A stretch of DNA of 64,000 bases from Candidatus Altimarinota bacterium (GCA_963664295.1 OY760935.1:512001-576000), one strand, 5' to 3'. Shown: positions 1 to 10,453, numbered from the stretch's first letter. The notes: generated from the sequence alone by a model not told the origin. Numbers and translations are program-made.

Positions 1-1490
1 ATTTCCACTAATTCACCATCTGGAGATGTGCCAGAAATAATAAATCCATTTTTTTCCAAACAATCACGATATTTATTATTAAATTCATATCTATGACGAT
101 GGCGTTCGTCAATTTTTTTCTTTTTATATGCTTTATAAGCAAGAGTACCTGGCTTTAATACACAAGGCCAAGAGCCAAGTCGCAAAGTACCACCTTTTGC
201 TCGTTTTTCACTTTGCCCAGGTAAAAAATGAACAATTTTATCTTTTGCTCGCTTCTTAAACTCCTCTGAATCTGCGTCTTTTAGTCCGCAAACATTGCGA
301 GCAAATTCAATAGCCATAATTTGCGAACCCAAACAAAGACCAAAAAATGGTTTTTTGTTTATTCTGCAATATTCTGCGACTTTTATCTTACCTAATGTTC
401 CCCTCTTTCCAAAACCTCCAGGAACTATTACTCCTGCACAATTTTTAATCTTTTCTACTACTTTTTTCTCTGTAGATTTTTTTTCTAATTTTTCTGTATC
501 AATCCATTCAATTTCTGCCTTATGTCCATTTGCAAAAGAAGCGCTTTTTATCGCCTCTATTACGGAAATATAGGCATCATCTAAGTCAGTATATTTTCCA
601 GCAAGGGCTATCTTAATTGGTTTTTTTGCAGAATGAATATTTTTAACCATTTTTTGCCAATCGCCAAGATCAATTTTTGGCTTTTTAATATTCATTTTTT
701 CTGAAATTACCTCTGTTATTTTTGATTTGTGAAATCTAAGAGGAATTTCATAAATAGAAGGCAAAGTTGGCGCAGGAATAACTGCTTTTTTCTCAACCCC
801 GCAAAATTTAGCTACTTTTTCTAAAATATCTTTTGGAATTTCAGCATCAGCACGAGCCACAATAAGATCAGGACTAATACCAGCACGACGAAGTTCGCGA
901 ACAGAAAGCTGAGTTGGCTTAGTTTTTAACTCTTTTGATGCTGCCAAATAAGGCAAAAGAGTAAGATGAATAAAAATTACATTTTCACTTCCTTTTTCCA
1001 TTCTTAATTGACGAATGGCCTCTAAAAAAGGCTCTCCTTCAATATCCCCTACTGTTCCACCAATCTCACCAATTAAAATTTCTGCTTTGGCTGTTTTTAC
1101 TGCTTCTTCAACACGATTTTTAATAGCATTGGTAATATGGGGCACAACCTGAATAGTGCCACCCAAAAAATCGCCTCTGCGTTCTTTTTGTAAAACTTCA
1201 GTATAGATCTTACCAGTAGTAATATTGGAATACTGATTTAAATTTTCATCAATAAAACGCTCATAATGACCAAGGTCAAGGTCTGTTTCAGCGCCATCGT
1301 TAGTCACAAAAACTTCTCCATGCTGAAAAGGACTCATTGTCCCCGGATCTACATTTAAATAAGGGTCAAGTTTTTGGATAGTGACCTTAAAACCGGCATT
1401 TTTAAGCAACATGCCGACGGAGGCGGCAACAATTCCCTTTCCAAGGGAGCTACATACACCACCAGTTATAAATACATACTTCTTAGGCAT
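1..1490 (-). CDS. pyrG: CTP synthase (3' end runs off the window; absent from the ORF track)
   Basis: Manual translation from ATG at 1490 gives MPKKYVFITGGVCSSLGKGI, KLDPYLNVDPGTMSPFQHGEVFVT and GGTVGDIEG, plus the GATase motif GLCLG. Confidence 0.97.
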   Translation of the reverse strand, partial: MPKKYVFITGGVCSSLGKGIVAASVGMLLKNAGFKVTIQKLDPYLNVDPGTMSPFQHGEVFVTNDGAETDLDLGHYERFIDENLNQYSNITTGKIYTEVLQKERRGDFLGGTIQVVPHITNAIKNRVEEAVKTAKAEILIGEIGGTVGDIEGEPFLEAIRQLRMEKGSENVIFIHLTLLPYLAASKELKTKPTQLSVRELRRAGISPDLIVARADAEIPKDILEKVAKFCGVEKKAVIPAPTLPSIYEIPLRFHKSKITEVISEKMNIKKPKIDLGDWQKMVKNIHSAKKPIKIALAGKYTDLDDAYISVIEAIKSASFANGHKAEIEWIDTEKLEKKSTEKKVVEKIKNCAGVIVPGGFGKRGTLGKIKVAEYCRINKKPFFGLCLGSQIMAIEFARNVCGLKDADSEEFKKRAKDKIVHFLPGQSEKRAKGGTLRLGSWPCVLKPGTLAYKAYKKKKIDERHRHRYEFNNKYRDCLEKNGFIISGTSPDGELVE

Positions 1491-1534
1491 ATATAAATTT
1501 TACACAAATATTTTTTAAAAACAATAAAATCTTA

Positions 1535-1945
1535 TTAACGAATTAAAAACGGATAATAAAGAGCTTTTAGTGGTTTTTTTACTGATCTAAAAATATTGTT
1601 AATGAAATAATTTTGCTTATTTTTATTAATTTTATAATTACAAACTTGGTACAAGGTTGCATTATCATAATCAGTAAAAGCAAAAAAATACAAACTTGTA
1701 CTTTCTTCTATGGTAATAGAATTTTCATACATAAAGCCTTCTGCAGGTGAGCCATCAGAATAAATAGTCCAAAAAATTTTTGCTTGTGGATTATTTGAAT
1801 GCAGTTTAATTTCAACTTTTTCATCAAAATTACCACCACAAATATCTGCCCAAACATCTAGATCAAGGCTTTTTACTTGAACCACATTACATCCTAAAAT
1901 AAAAATCGCAATCAGAGGAAATAAAATTATTTGCTTTAAAGTCAT
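1535..1945 (-). CDS. Exported or lipoprotein-like small protein with a possible Fn3-associated/chitobiase C-terminal-like beta domain
   Basis: Likely start is MTLKQ. The hydrophobic N-terminus ends in ILGC. The segment AKIFWT..DGSP..YENSITIEESTSLYFFA resembles that domain family. Confidence 0.5.
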   Translation of the reverse strand: MTLKQIILFPLIAIFILGCNVVQVKSLDLDVWADICGGNFDEKVEIKLHSNNPQAKIFWTIYSDGSPAEGFMYENSITIEESTSLYFFAFTDYDNATLYQVCNYKINKNKQNYFINNIFRSVKKPLKALYYPFLIR

Positions 1946-2123
1946 TAAAATTATGAAATTTTGTGTTAAGAACATTTTTTCAAAAAACACAAAAAAATGA
2001 AAGATTTTTTATTAAATTTTTATGGTAATTTTTAAAAAAATTTGATTTAATACTCAAGCATCATATTTATCTTGAATTTATCAAGTATTTATGAGATAAT
2101 ATTAAGATAATTATCAAACAAAA

Positions 2124-2960
2124 ATGACAAATGACAATCAACAAAATCCTACACAAGGAGATCAAAATGTAAATCCTCAGGCTGGTAGTGGAACACCTGC
2201 TTCTGCAAACACAGGTGGAACACAGGCTAGTGATCCACAAGCAAGTGCTCAACAACAAATGCCACCTCAAGGACAAGATAATCAACAATTTCCACAAGGT
2301 CAACAAATGCCTCCGCAGGGTATGCCACAACAAGGAGGTCAAATGCCTCCGCAGGGTCAATGGGGCTATCCTCCTCAAGGTCAAATGCCTCCGCAGGGTA
2401 TGCCACAGCAAGGACAATGGGGTCAAATGCCTCCGCAGGGTCAATGGGGCTATCCTCCTCAAGGTCAAATGCCTCCGCAGGGTATGCCACAGCAAGGACA
2501 ATGGGGCCAAATGCCTCCGCAGGGTATGCCACAGCAACCGCAAACTCCTGTTGAAAGAATAGGATCTTTTGGTCGAGATAATGCTTTTCAAACAAGTATT
2601 AAACTTCCTAAACACAACCTAAGTTTCGATGAAAATAATTTTCTCAGATTGCTTGCAGGTTCAATCTCTCTTACAAAAGATGAAAAAAGAAGAGTTATTG
2701 AGGCTGTTCCTCGTTTAACACAAGCCCAAGTTGATGAACTAATTAAAATTCTTGACGAAGAAAAGAAAAAATTCTCTGAACTTGATGTAAAACATAAAGA
2801 TCAATTAAGAATGCTTGAAAATCAGCATAAAGTTGAATGGGAAGCACTAGAAGCAGAGCTAATGAGCGAAGAAACTGCTGTAGAAGAAAAAAGTCAAGCA
2901 GAAGAAATTCGCAAAAGCCTTGGCGTAAAAGATGAAGGTGAAAAAAAAGAAGAAAAATAG
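2124..2960 (+). CDS. Hypothetical protein with a Q/P/G/M-rich repetitive N-half and a helical C-terminal domain
   Basis: 278-aa ORF with GQMPPQG repeats and a charged helical C-terminus, followed by a terminator. Confidence 0.85.
   Translation: MTNDNQQNPTQGDQNVNPQAGSGTPASANTGGTQASDPQASAQQQMPPQGQDNQQFPQGQQMPPQGMPQQGGQMPPQGQWGYPPQGQMPPQGMPQQGQWGQMPPQGQWGYPPQGQMPPQGMPQQGQWGQMPPQGMPQQPQTPVERIGSFGRDNAFQTSIKLPKHNLSFDENNFLRLLAGSISLTKDEKRRVIEAVPRLTQAQVDELIKILDEEKKKFSELDVKHKDQLRMLENQHKVEWEALEAELMSEETAVEEKSQAEEIRKSLGVKDEGEKKEEK
2337..2504 (+). repeat. Perfect 2 x 84-bp tandem duplication inside a shorter caaatgcctccgcagggt repeat tract
   Basis: Units start at 2337 and 2421 and encode GQMPPQGQWGYPPQGQMPPQGMPQQGQW. 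Confidence 0.9.
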
Positions 2961-2984
2961 ATAAATATTAACTAAATTGACATT

Positions 2985-3014
2985 AAGCCACTTTTAAAAA
3001 AGTGGCTTTTTTTT
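2985..3014 (+). terminator. Intrinsic terminator
   Basis: aagccactttt/aaaagtggctt hairpin followed by a T run, 25 nt after the stop codon. Confidence 0.75.
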
Positions 3015-3109
3015 AATTAATTTTTATTTTTTTTAAAAATTGAACAAAAAATTTATACACAAACATAAAAAATCCTTTATTTAATAAGGTAAAATAAATA
3101 TTAAAAAAG

Positions 3110-3137
3110 TGTATTACTGTACCGGTACAGTAATACA
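3110..3137 (-). terminator. 28-bp perfect palindrome, probable terminator of the lemA operon
   Basis: tgtattactgtacc|ggtacagtaataca, with a T tract following on the minus strand. Confidence 0.6.
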
Positions 3138-3155
3138 AAAATAAATTAATTCTTC

Positions 3156-4034
3156 TTACCAACCACCAGAAAAACCACCGCCGCCAGAAAAACCACCGCC
3201 AAATCCACCAAAACTACTACTACCCAAAGAAGAACTACTGCTCCATGAAGAACCGCTACTAGAGCTCCAACCACTACCACTACTTCCTCCACTTCCTCCA
3301 GATAACCCACCAGAAATAATTGCTTTTATAAAAAGCAAAACCATCCACATAACCACATAAACTATCGCAACATCAAGACCACCAAGAAATAAAGACAACA
3401 TGCCACCAAAACCTTGTCCATAATAATTCCAAGGTTTATCAATAATAAAAACAAAAATAATAAGCCAAAAAGCAAGTGCTACCAAAAATCCAGCTGCAAG
3501 CTCACTTGTTGCATAAGAAGGTTCATATTGTGCAACTATACTTTCATCACCACGCAAAATAGCACCAAACTCTTCACAAACCTTAATTACACCTGTGTCA
3601 TAATCGTTATTACGAAAATTAGGCGGAAAATATTCTTCAGCAATTCTTGCAACCAAAGCATCTGGCAAAGTTCCTTCTGCTCCCAATCCTGTTTCTATTC
3701 TATACTTACGATCATTAACTGAAATTAAAATCAATAATCCATTATTGTTTTCTTTTTTGCCAATCCCCCATTCTTTAAAAATATCTACCGCAAAAGTTTC
3801 AATTGTGTGAGTTTCTGGCAATTGATCTATTGTAATTACAGCTATTTCTGCTGTGGTATCTTTTTCTATTTGATCTATTATTTGTTCAATTTGCTCATCT
3901 TTACTTAAAACATTTGCAAAATCACTCACATATCCTGTTGGTGTGTGATTTGCAATCTCTGCATATTCTATTGCAAAAACAGGAGCAATAAACAAGAAAA
4001 AAGCCGTAAATAAAGCAAAAAACTTTTTAATCAC
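3156..4034 (-). CDS. TPM-domain (YgcG-like) membrane protein
   Basis: Signal peptide, YVSDFANVLS, WGIGKKENNNGLLILIS..DRKYRIETG, TM helices and a Gly/Ser tail GGGFSGGG. Confidence 0.9.
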   Translation of the reverse strand: MIKKFFALFTAFFLFIAPVFAIEYAEIANHTPTGYVSDFANVLSKDEQIEQIIDQIEKDTTAEIAVITIDQLPETHTIETFAVDIFKEWGIGKKENNNGLLILISVNDRKYRIETGLGAEGTLPDALVARIAEEYFPPNFRNNDYDTGVIKVCEEFGAILRGDESIVAQYEPSYATSELAAGFLVALAFWLIIFVFIIDKPWNYYGQGFGGMLSLFLGGLDVAIVYVVMWMVLLFIKAIISGGLSGGSGGSSGSGWSSSSGSSWSSSSSLGSSSFGGFGGGFSGGGGFSGGW

Positions 4035-4540
4035 TATTTTTTATCAACAATTTTTTCAATTTTTTCTAAAATTTCCAAAAGAACTTCTATTTTCTTCTCA
4101 TCAAGAAAATTGTCAAAAACACTGCTCACACTCTGCTGGTCTATTTCTTTAATATTAAGATATTCAAGACCATAAACAAGACCCGTTAAGGTCACTACAA
4201 TATCTTCTGTGTCTAAGGAGATTTTTTTAAAATAAGCCTGTCTAGCAGAAGCCAATAAACGACGAACTTCTGTTTCTAATGCTCGTCTTAAATCCTCCTT
4301 GTTTATTTCTATATTTAAAACAGTGTCCTCCCCTTCTAAAAGTTTGTACTCATTACGCATAACGAGGAAATCTAAAGCAAAAACATCAGCGCCTTTCTTG
4401 AAATCATCTTCTTCAAGAAAAATTGGAAAAGCATTTTCTGTTTTAATTTTTACCTCTTTTAATTTTGAGGAAGTCCAATTTTTTGCGACCAAAACCTCAA
4501 AGACTCTTGGTCCTTTTTTAAAAGTAAATCTAGAAATCAT
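4034..4540 (-). CDS. Hypothetical protein, probably a truncated LemA-associated nucleotidyltransferase-like protein
   Basis: Lies between lemA and the TPM gene. DVFALDFLVMRNEYKLLEGED..I.I..EDLRRALETEVR pattern, with no N-terminal GS..DxD motif. Confidence 0.45.
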   Translation of the reverse strand: MISRFTFKKGPRVFEVLVAKNWTSSKLKEVKIKTENAFPIFLEEDDFKKGADVFALDFLVMRNEYKLLEGEDTVLNIEINKEDLRRALETEVRRLLASARQAYFKKISLDTEDIVVTLTGLVYGLEYLNIKEIDQQSVSSVFDNFLDEKKIEVLLEILEKIEKIVDKK

Positions 4541-4546
4541 AATTTA

Positions 4547-5104
4547 TTAAGAAAAATCTACTTCCGGAGCAGTTTCTGCACCTTCTGATGCTTCAAAAAG
4601 CTCATGGCGTTCAAAACCAAAAATCATAGCTAAGAAATTTTTTGGAAAACTACGAAAAGCTTTATTTGCAGTTGTTGCAACAGCATTATAATTTTTCCTT
4701 GCCACAGCTATACGATTTTCTGTGCCTTCTAATTGCACTTGTAAATCCTTGAAATTTTGAGTTGCTTTTAAATCAGGATAATTCTCCACAGTCACTAACA
4801 ATCTTGATAAAGCTGAGTCCATTTGATTTGAAGCTTCAAATTTTTCACCAGGAGTTTGAGCCTTTGCCCAAGCACTTCTCGCTTCAGTCACTTCTGTAAA
4901 AGTGCCTTTTTCAAAGTCTGCTGCACCTTTTACAGTAGCCACAAGATTATCAATTAAATCAAAACGGCGCTGAAGAGTTGTTTCAACATCTGAATAAGCT
5001 TGATTAGCTTGTTCATCTACATCAACTAATTGATTGTAACTTGAGCTAATCCAAGCGACTAAAAGAAGTGCTACAGCACCAATTATTAATAAAGTTTTTT
5101 TCAT
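4547..5104 (-). CDS. lemA: LemA family protein
   Basis: N-terminal TM, SYNQLV, LQRRFDLI, ENYPDLKA, LEGTENRIAVAR, FPKN. Confidence 0.95.
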   Translation of the reverse strand: MKKTLLIIGAVALLLVAWISSSYNQLVDVDEQANQAYSDVETTLQRRFDLIDNLVATVKGAADFEKGTFTEVTEARSAWAKAQTPGEKFEASNQMDSALSRLLVTVENYPDLKATQNFKDLQVQLEGTENRIAVARKNYNAVATTANKAFRSFPKNFLAMIFGFERHELFEASEGAETAPEVDFS

Positions 5105-5289
5105 TTAATTTTTTAAAAAAATTTAAAACAATAAAAAATTACCTGAAATCATTCTTTTTGTAAAATTTTGACTTAATTTTTTGAACAAAAAATTTATACA
5201 AAAATACTATATTTACCTTATTTATGAAGTCTTCATGAAACTATTGACTTTATATTGTTTTAGTGTTAAATTACTAATCCTTCAAATCA

Positions 5290-6045
5290 ATGAAAAAACT
5301 AATTATAATTCTCATTGGCCTAATTACAATCTCCCTTACAACAGAAGCAAAAGCTCCCTGTGAATATGTTTTATATCCTTCTGCTAAAGAAGAGCTTGCT
5401 ATTAAAGACAAAGAAGAAATTGAAGAAAAAACTTGTAAAATTGAAGCAGATTTGTCAATTCTACCAACTAAGCAAGAAATTGTTTTTAAAGAAGTTATAG
5501 AAATTTATGGTTGTGAAAAAATTCAATCTTTAAAAACTTTAGAAATTTATGACAATGAAGACTTGCCACGAGCTTTAGCAGGCGCTAGCATTGTTAAGCT
5601 CAGAGAGGATATTTTCAAAAAAGATGAATTTAAAAATATTCTTATTCACGAACTAGCTCATGTTGTTGATTTAGGTTATTTTCGAGGATCACCTGCAAAA
5701 GGTGAAAGTGATTTCGTAGATGGCTCTTTGCCTATTTTTAAAGGTGATTTAAGTTTAGATTTTTATAAAATCTCTTGGGTAAATAGCGAAGAACTAAGAG
5801 AAGATGCTAATGAACTGGATTTTGTCACAGGTTATGCAATGACTGACCCTTTTGAGGACTTCGCAGAAAGCACTCTTTATTACATAAGTCATAATCGAGA
5901 ATTTAGAATCCTGACTAACAACAATAAAGCACTTGAAAAAAAGTATAACTTTATTCGTTTGTATGTTTTTGAAGGAAAAATTTTTAACACTGGCAATAAC
6001 TTTGTTGATATCAACAATCGAGAGTGGGATGCCACTAAGATTTAA
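5290..6045 (+). CDS. Secreted zincin-like metallopeptidase
   Basis: Signal peptide, HELAH (HExxH) and GYAMTDPFEDFAES. Confidence 0.75.
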   Translation: MKKLIIILIGLITISLTTEAKAPCEYVLYPSAKEELAIKDKEEIEEKTCKIEADLSILPTKQEIVFKEVIEIYGCEKIQSLKTLEIYDNEDLPRALAGASIVKLREDIFKKDEFKNILIHELAHVVDLGYFRGSPAKGESDFVDGSLPIFKGDLSLDFYKISWVNSEELREDANELDFVTGYAMTDPFEDFAESTLYYISHNREFRILTNNNKALEKKYNFIRLYVFEGKIFNTGNNFVDINNREWDATKI

Positions 6046-6067
6046 ATAAGATTTATTTTACTATATG

Positions 6068-6505
6068 TGTCATTGCGGACTACGACCCATTTTTCGCCCT
6101 TACCGGGCTTCAAGGGGCAAGTCCGCAATCTCCGCTCAAGACCTGTCTTAAGTGTTCCCCTGCTGTCATTCTGAGCGGAGCGAAGAATCTCCTTGTCCAT
6201 TGGCTCAAGTCCTGTCTTGGGCAATTCAACAGTAATGACAACGGGAGATCCTGAATCGAGTTCAGGATGACAGAAAAAAGAGACAGGAGGTGGTCATTGC
6301 GGACTTGATCCGCAATCTCCTTATCCATGTGCTCAAGTCCTGTCTTAGGTGGTTCAACAGTAAAGATCCTTCGCTTCGCTATGCTCACTCAGGATGAAAA
6401 ATAAAGGAGCTCACTCAAGATGACAAAAAAAGAGGGTGATAAAAAAAGGGCAGAACGACAAAATACAAATTACTTCGTCGTCCGCCTTTGGCGAACTTCT
6501 AATGA
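6068..6505. repeat. Cluster of REP-like palindromic elements
   Basis: GTCAT-hairpin-ATCTC and GAGAT-hairpin-ATGAC units, plus three copies of gctcaagWcctgtctt. Confidence 0.75.
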
Positions 6506-6526
6506 TAATAAAATCAAAAACATAAC

Positions 6527-6555
6527 AAAAAGACAGGCTCGAAAACCTGTCTTTT
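6527..6555. terminator. Bidirectional-type intrinsic terminator downstream of hppA
   Basis: aaaagacagg-ctcgaaaa-cctgtctttt. Confidence 0.7.
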
Positions 6556-6580
6556 ATTTTTACTAAATTTAAACAATCTC

Positions 6581-8572
6581 TTAACTAATAACTAAAGATC
6601 CAGCAATAATCACTGCAATAGTATTTATAACTTTAATCAAAGCATTGATAGCAGGACCTGCAGTGTCTTTAAATGGATCACCAACAGTATCACCAACTAC
6701 AGCGGCCTTGTGAGCATCTGAACCTTTTCCGCCGTGATTACCATCTTCAATATATTTCTTAGCATTATCCCAAGTAGCACCACCATTTGCCATTTGAATA
6801 GCAACAAGTAAACCAGAAACAATAACACCAACTAATAATCCACCAAGAGCGTAAGGCCCAATAAGGAAACCAACTAAAAGCGGAGCAACAACTGCTAAAA
6901 GACCAGGCATAATCATTTCTTTTAATGCAGCGCCAGTGACTATAGAAACAGCATTACCATATTCAGGCTTGCCTTTTCCTTCCATAATTCCTGGAATTTC
7001 TTTGAACTGTCTGCGAACCTCTTGTACAACTTTGTGAGCAGCGCGACCAACAGCTTTCATACACATAGCAGAAAACAAGAAAGGAAGCAAAGCTCCAATC
7101 AATAATCCAACTAATACTTTTGGATCAGAAAGTTCAAATGTTAACTCAGCACCTAAAGCATAAGTATAGTCTTGGAATAATACCAAAGCAGCCAAAACAG
7201 CAGAACCAATAGCATAACCTTTTGTCACTGCTTTTGTTGTATTACCAACTGCATCAAGTGCATCTGTGTTTTTGCGAACATTTTCAGGCAATCCGCTCAT
7301 TTCTGCAATACCACCAGCATTGTCTGTAATAGGACCATAAGAATCCATGGCAATAATAATACCAGTAGTAGAAAGCAAAGAAACCGCAGAAATAGCAATT
7401 CCATATAAACCACCAAGAGCATGGGCTCCTAAAATAGCACCAACTAAAACCAAAACAATTGGGAAAGTGCTTTCCAAACCAACAGCAAGACCAATAATAA
7501 CATTAGTTCCTGCACCGGTTTCAGATGCCTTAGCTGTATCGCGAACAGGTTTATACTCTGTTGAAGTATAATATTCAGTAATCATAATAATAAGAGCAGT
7601 AGCACCAATACCAACAAGAGATGCATAAAACAAATTCATGTCAACTTCCATATAACGAGTGACAGCATAAAAACCACCAATTGCAAGAACAGCAGTGGCG
7701 ATCAAGCCTTTATACAAAGCAGCCATAATATTGCCACTTTTACCAAGGCGAACAAAATAAACACCAATAATAGAAGCAATAATAGCAACTGAACCAAGAA
7801 CAAGCGGATACATAATCAAGCATTCAGATAATCCAGTCACTGAGGCTAGCATCATTGATGCAATCAAAGTGACAGCATAAGTCTCGAAAAGATCAGCACC
7901 CATACCAGCACAATCTCCAACATTATCACCAACATTGTCAGCAATAACAGCAGGGTTGCGTGGGTCATCTTCTGGAATACCGGCTTCTACTTTACCAACA
8001 AGGTCAGCACCCACATCAGCAGCTTTTGTAAAAATACCACCACCAACACGAGCAAAAAGAGAAACCAAGCTAGCACCAAAGCCAAATCCAACCAATTCAT
8101 GAGGAATATCAACAAGCTCAAGCCCCATTTTGTTGAAAATTAAAAAAGTACCAGCAATACCAAGAACAGAAAGACCAACAACAGCCAATCCTGTCACACT
8201 TCCTCCACGAAAAGCAATATTTAATGCTTTTGAAAGAGAGTCCTTGGCAGCCTCTGCAGTACGCACATTAGCACGAACAGAAACTTTCATGCCGATAATA
8301 CCCGCAAGAGCGGAAAGTATAGCGCCTGCCAAAAACCCTGAAGCCATGTAGAAATTAATACCAAATCCAATGGCAAAAAAGAGTAATACAGCAAAAACGC
8401 CGATCACAGAAAATTGACGGAGCATGTAAGCATCCGCACCCTCAGAAATAGCACCGGCAATTTCTTTCATCTTGTCATCACCTGCACTTTTTTTGAGTAT
8501 ACTTACGGTGAAAAAGATCGCAAAAAGCAATGCGAGAGCTCCAACACCGATTGCAACAACTACGTTTTCCAT
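6581..8572 (-). CDS. hppA: Membrane-bound H+-translocating pyrophosphatase, K+-independent type
   Basis: [36 protein letters not shown] and [16 protein letters not shown] has Lys at the K+-dependence determinant. Confidence 0.96.
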   Translation of the reverse strand: MENVVVAIGVGALALLFAIFFTVSILKKSAGDDKMKEIAGAISEGADAYMLRQFSVIGVFAVLLFFAIGFGINFYMASGFLAGAILSALAGIIGMKVSVRANVRTAEAAKDSLSKALNIAFRGGSVTGLAVVGLSVLGIAGTFLIFNKMGLELVDIPHELVGFGFGASLVSLFARVGGGIFTKAADVGADLVGKVEAGIPEDDPRNPAVIADNVGDNVGDCAGMGADLFETYAVTLIASMMLASVTGLSECLIMYPLVLGSVAIIASIIGVYFVRLGKSGNIMAALYKGLIATAVLAIGGFYAVTRYMEVDMNLFYASLVGIGATALIIMITEYYTSTEYKPVRDTAKASETGAGTNVIIGLAVGLESTFPIVLVLVGAILGAHALGGLYGIAISAVSLLSTTGIIIAMDSYGPITDNAGGIAEMSGLPENVRKNTDALDAVGNTTKAVTKGYAIGSAVLAALVLFQDYTYALGAELTFELSDPKVLVGLLIGALLPFLFSAMCMKAVGRAAHKVVQEVRRQFKEIPGIMEGKGKPEYGNAVSIVTGAALKEMIMPGLLAVVAPLLVGFLIGPYALGGLLVGVIVSGLLVAIQMANGGATWDNAKKYIEDGNHGGKGSDAHKAAVVGDTVGDPFKDTAGPAINALIKVINTIAVIIAGSLVIS

Positions 8573-8689
8573 AGAAAAACAAAAAAATCAGCAGTAAGTT
8601 TGCCATAATTTTGCATATCTGCAAAGGCTTTAATATTGAGAAGAGCTAAAAATGTGCTAAAATATGCGCACTCTAACCTTTGAACATAA

Positions 8690-9229
8690 ATGAAAGAATG
8701 TAAGAACCTTTTTCACCTTGTCTCTCCTGGAGATAATGCACCAAAAGAAATTAATGTTTTAATTGAAATTTCCCGTGGTAGCAGGACGAAATATGAATAC
8801 AATAAAGATTTTGGAATAATTGAAGTTGATCGCATTTTGCACACACCAATTCCCTACCCTTTTTCTTATGGACTTATTCCGCAAACCTGGAATGATTACG
8901 ACCATGATCCTCTTGATGTTATTGTGGTTTGTAGTGAGCCTTTAATGCCTGAGGCTATGGTCAAGTGTCGTGTTATTGGTATGATTTCTGTTGATGATAA
9001 CGGCGAGCGTGATGACAAAATACTTACTGTTGTTTCCAGCGATCCTTACCATGAACATGTTGAGTGTTTTAATGACTTAACTATTAAAGAACGCGAAGAT
9101 ATGGTTTATTTTATGGAGCATTATAAAGATCTTGAAGAAAAAGAAGTAAAAATTCTTGGCTGGGAAAACAGCAAAAAAGCTCAAGAGTTTATTAACGAAT
9201 GTCTTGAAGTTTATAAGAAAAAATTTTAA
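8690..9229 (+). CDS. ppa: Soluble family I inorganic pyrophosphatase
   Basis: IEI..GS..KYE, VDR, YPFSYGLIPQT, DHDPLDV, DDKI and YKDLE. Confidence 0.95.
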   Translation: MKECKNLFHLVSPGDNAPKEINVLIEISRGSRTKYEYNKDFGIIEVDRILHTPIPYPFSYGLIPQTWNDYDHDPLDVIVVCSEPLMPEAMVKCRVIGMISVDDNGERDDKILTVVSSDPYHEHVECFNDLTIKEREDMVYFMEHYKDLEEKEVKILGWENSKKAQEFINECLEVYKKKF

Positions 9230-9241
9230 AAAAAATTGTTT

Positions 9242-9841
9242 CTATTCCCAAGGATCCCAATCTTGATTAATAATTCTCTCGTCCTCAACAATAGGATGAT
9301 CTCCTTTTTTAACCATTTCCAAAAGTCGTTCAACCAATTTTTCTGGATTATCGTCAAAAATAATCCTATTTCCAAGTTCACGATGACAAAGTTCAACAAT
9401 ATGTGGGATATTATCAGAAATACCATCAGTTCCAGTTAAAACCCCAATATATTTTCCTTCATCAAAAGCTACAGTAAACTCATTAAGTGTGCCAATTCCG
9501 CCACCAACTGTAATAATCGCATCAGATGAGCGAATATTAACAATATCACGCTCCATCAAGCCCATACCAGTATATAAAATAATGTCATAATTTTTAACTG
9601 GAGAAAGAAATTTCTCTACATGCTCACGAACAGAAAAAGCAGGAGAAATACCCAAAACAAAACCACCTGATTGCCTTGCTCCCCTAGCCGCATCATCTGG
9701 CAAACCAGGACAAGCACCATTAACAAGAATGCAATTATTTTTTGCAATTGCAATACCAAGTTTTTCTGCTTTTTTAATGTTTTCCTGTGCCATAATCGCC
9801 GGCCCTTGAGCAGAGCCCATAACCCCAATTTTTATTTTCAT
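9242..9841 (-). CDS. LOG/SLOG family protein (TIGR00725-like)
   Basis: IGVMGS, GACPGL, GISP and SSDAIITVGGGIGTLNE. Confidence 0.85.
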   Translation of the reverse strand: MKIKIGVMGSAQGPAIMAQENIKKAEKLGIAIAKNNCILVNGACPGLPDDAARGARQSGGFVLGISPAFSVREHVEKFLSPVKNYDIILYTGMGLMERDIVNIRSSDAIITVGGGIGTLNEFTVAFDEGKYIGVLTGTDGISDNIPHIVELCHRELGNRIIFDDNPEKLVERLLEMVKKGDHPIVEDERIINQDWDPWE

Positions 9842-9895
9842 TATTTATTTTATAACTCTATATATTTTGACATAAAATAAGCTAAATCTCAAGTC

Positions 9896-10453
9896 TTATT
9901 CTTCTTCAAAATTCTCAGCTGTAAATTTTTTCACATCTAATTCGCCAAAACGCCAAAAATTACCCTCAAAACCTGCTTTTAAACATAATTCTGTTAAAAA
10001 ATTTTCTTTTTTAGGAATTTTTTCCCAAACTTGTGGCAAAAAAACTGCTCTATAAGGACCACTTTCAATAATAATTCCCATTGTAGAGTTAATTTTTTTC
10101 AAAAGATCTTCTGCGTCCTCATAAGGTAATCTTTCCGGCTTAGATAACAAAGAAATTTCTATTTTTATTTCTGATAATTCTTTTTTTTCAAGTGGTTTAA
10201 AGCGAGGATCTTTAAAGCCAGCAGAAACAGCGTTTTCAACTACATCAAAATACATTTCTTGCACTGGTAATATATGTCCTATGCAACCTCTAAGTCGCCC
10301 ATTTTTTGTCAAAGTCACAAAAACAGCCCTATGTTCCTTAAAAATTGGATCTTCAACTTTTATATCAGTAATATTTTCTGTTTTATAAAGAACAGTTTTA
10401 ATTGATTCTCTGGCGAGATTTAAAAGAAATTTTTGCTGTTTTTTATTAAGCAT
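9896..10453 (-). CDS. amrA: AmmeMemoRadiSam protein A (AMMECR1 domain)
   Basis: FVTL..LRGCIG, DPRF, EISLLS, FLPQV and LCLKAG. Start placed at MLNKK. Confidence 0.93.
   Translation of the reverse strand: MLNKKQQKFLLNLARESIKTVLYKTENITDIKVEDPIFKEHRAVFVTLTKNGRLRGCIGHILPVQEMYFDVVENAVSAGFKDPRFKPLEKKELSEIKIEISLLSKPERLPYEDAEDLLKKINSTMGIIIESGPYRAVFLPQVWEKIPKKENFLTELCLKAGFEGNFWRFGELDVKKFTAENFEEE

Noticed and set aside
2067-2615. Alternative-frame repetitive ORFs (2067-2615, 2188-2562, 2227-2595, 2360-2554)
   Set aside because: They are shadows of the repeat tract in the real + strand gene.
6042-6388. Two short minus-strand ORFs
   Set aside because: They are translations of the palindromic repeat cluster with no protein-like features.
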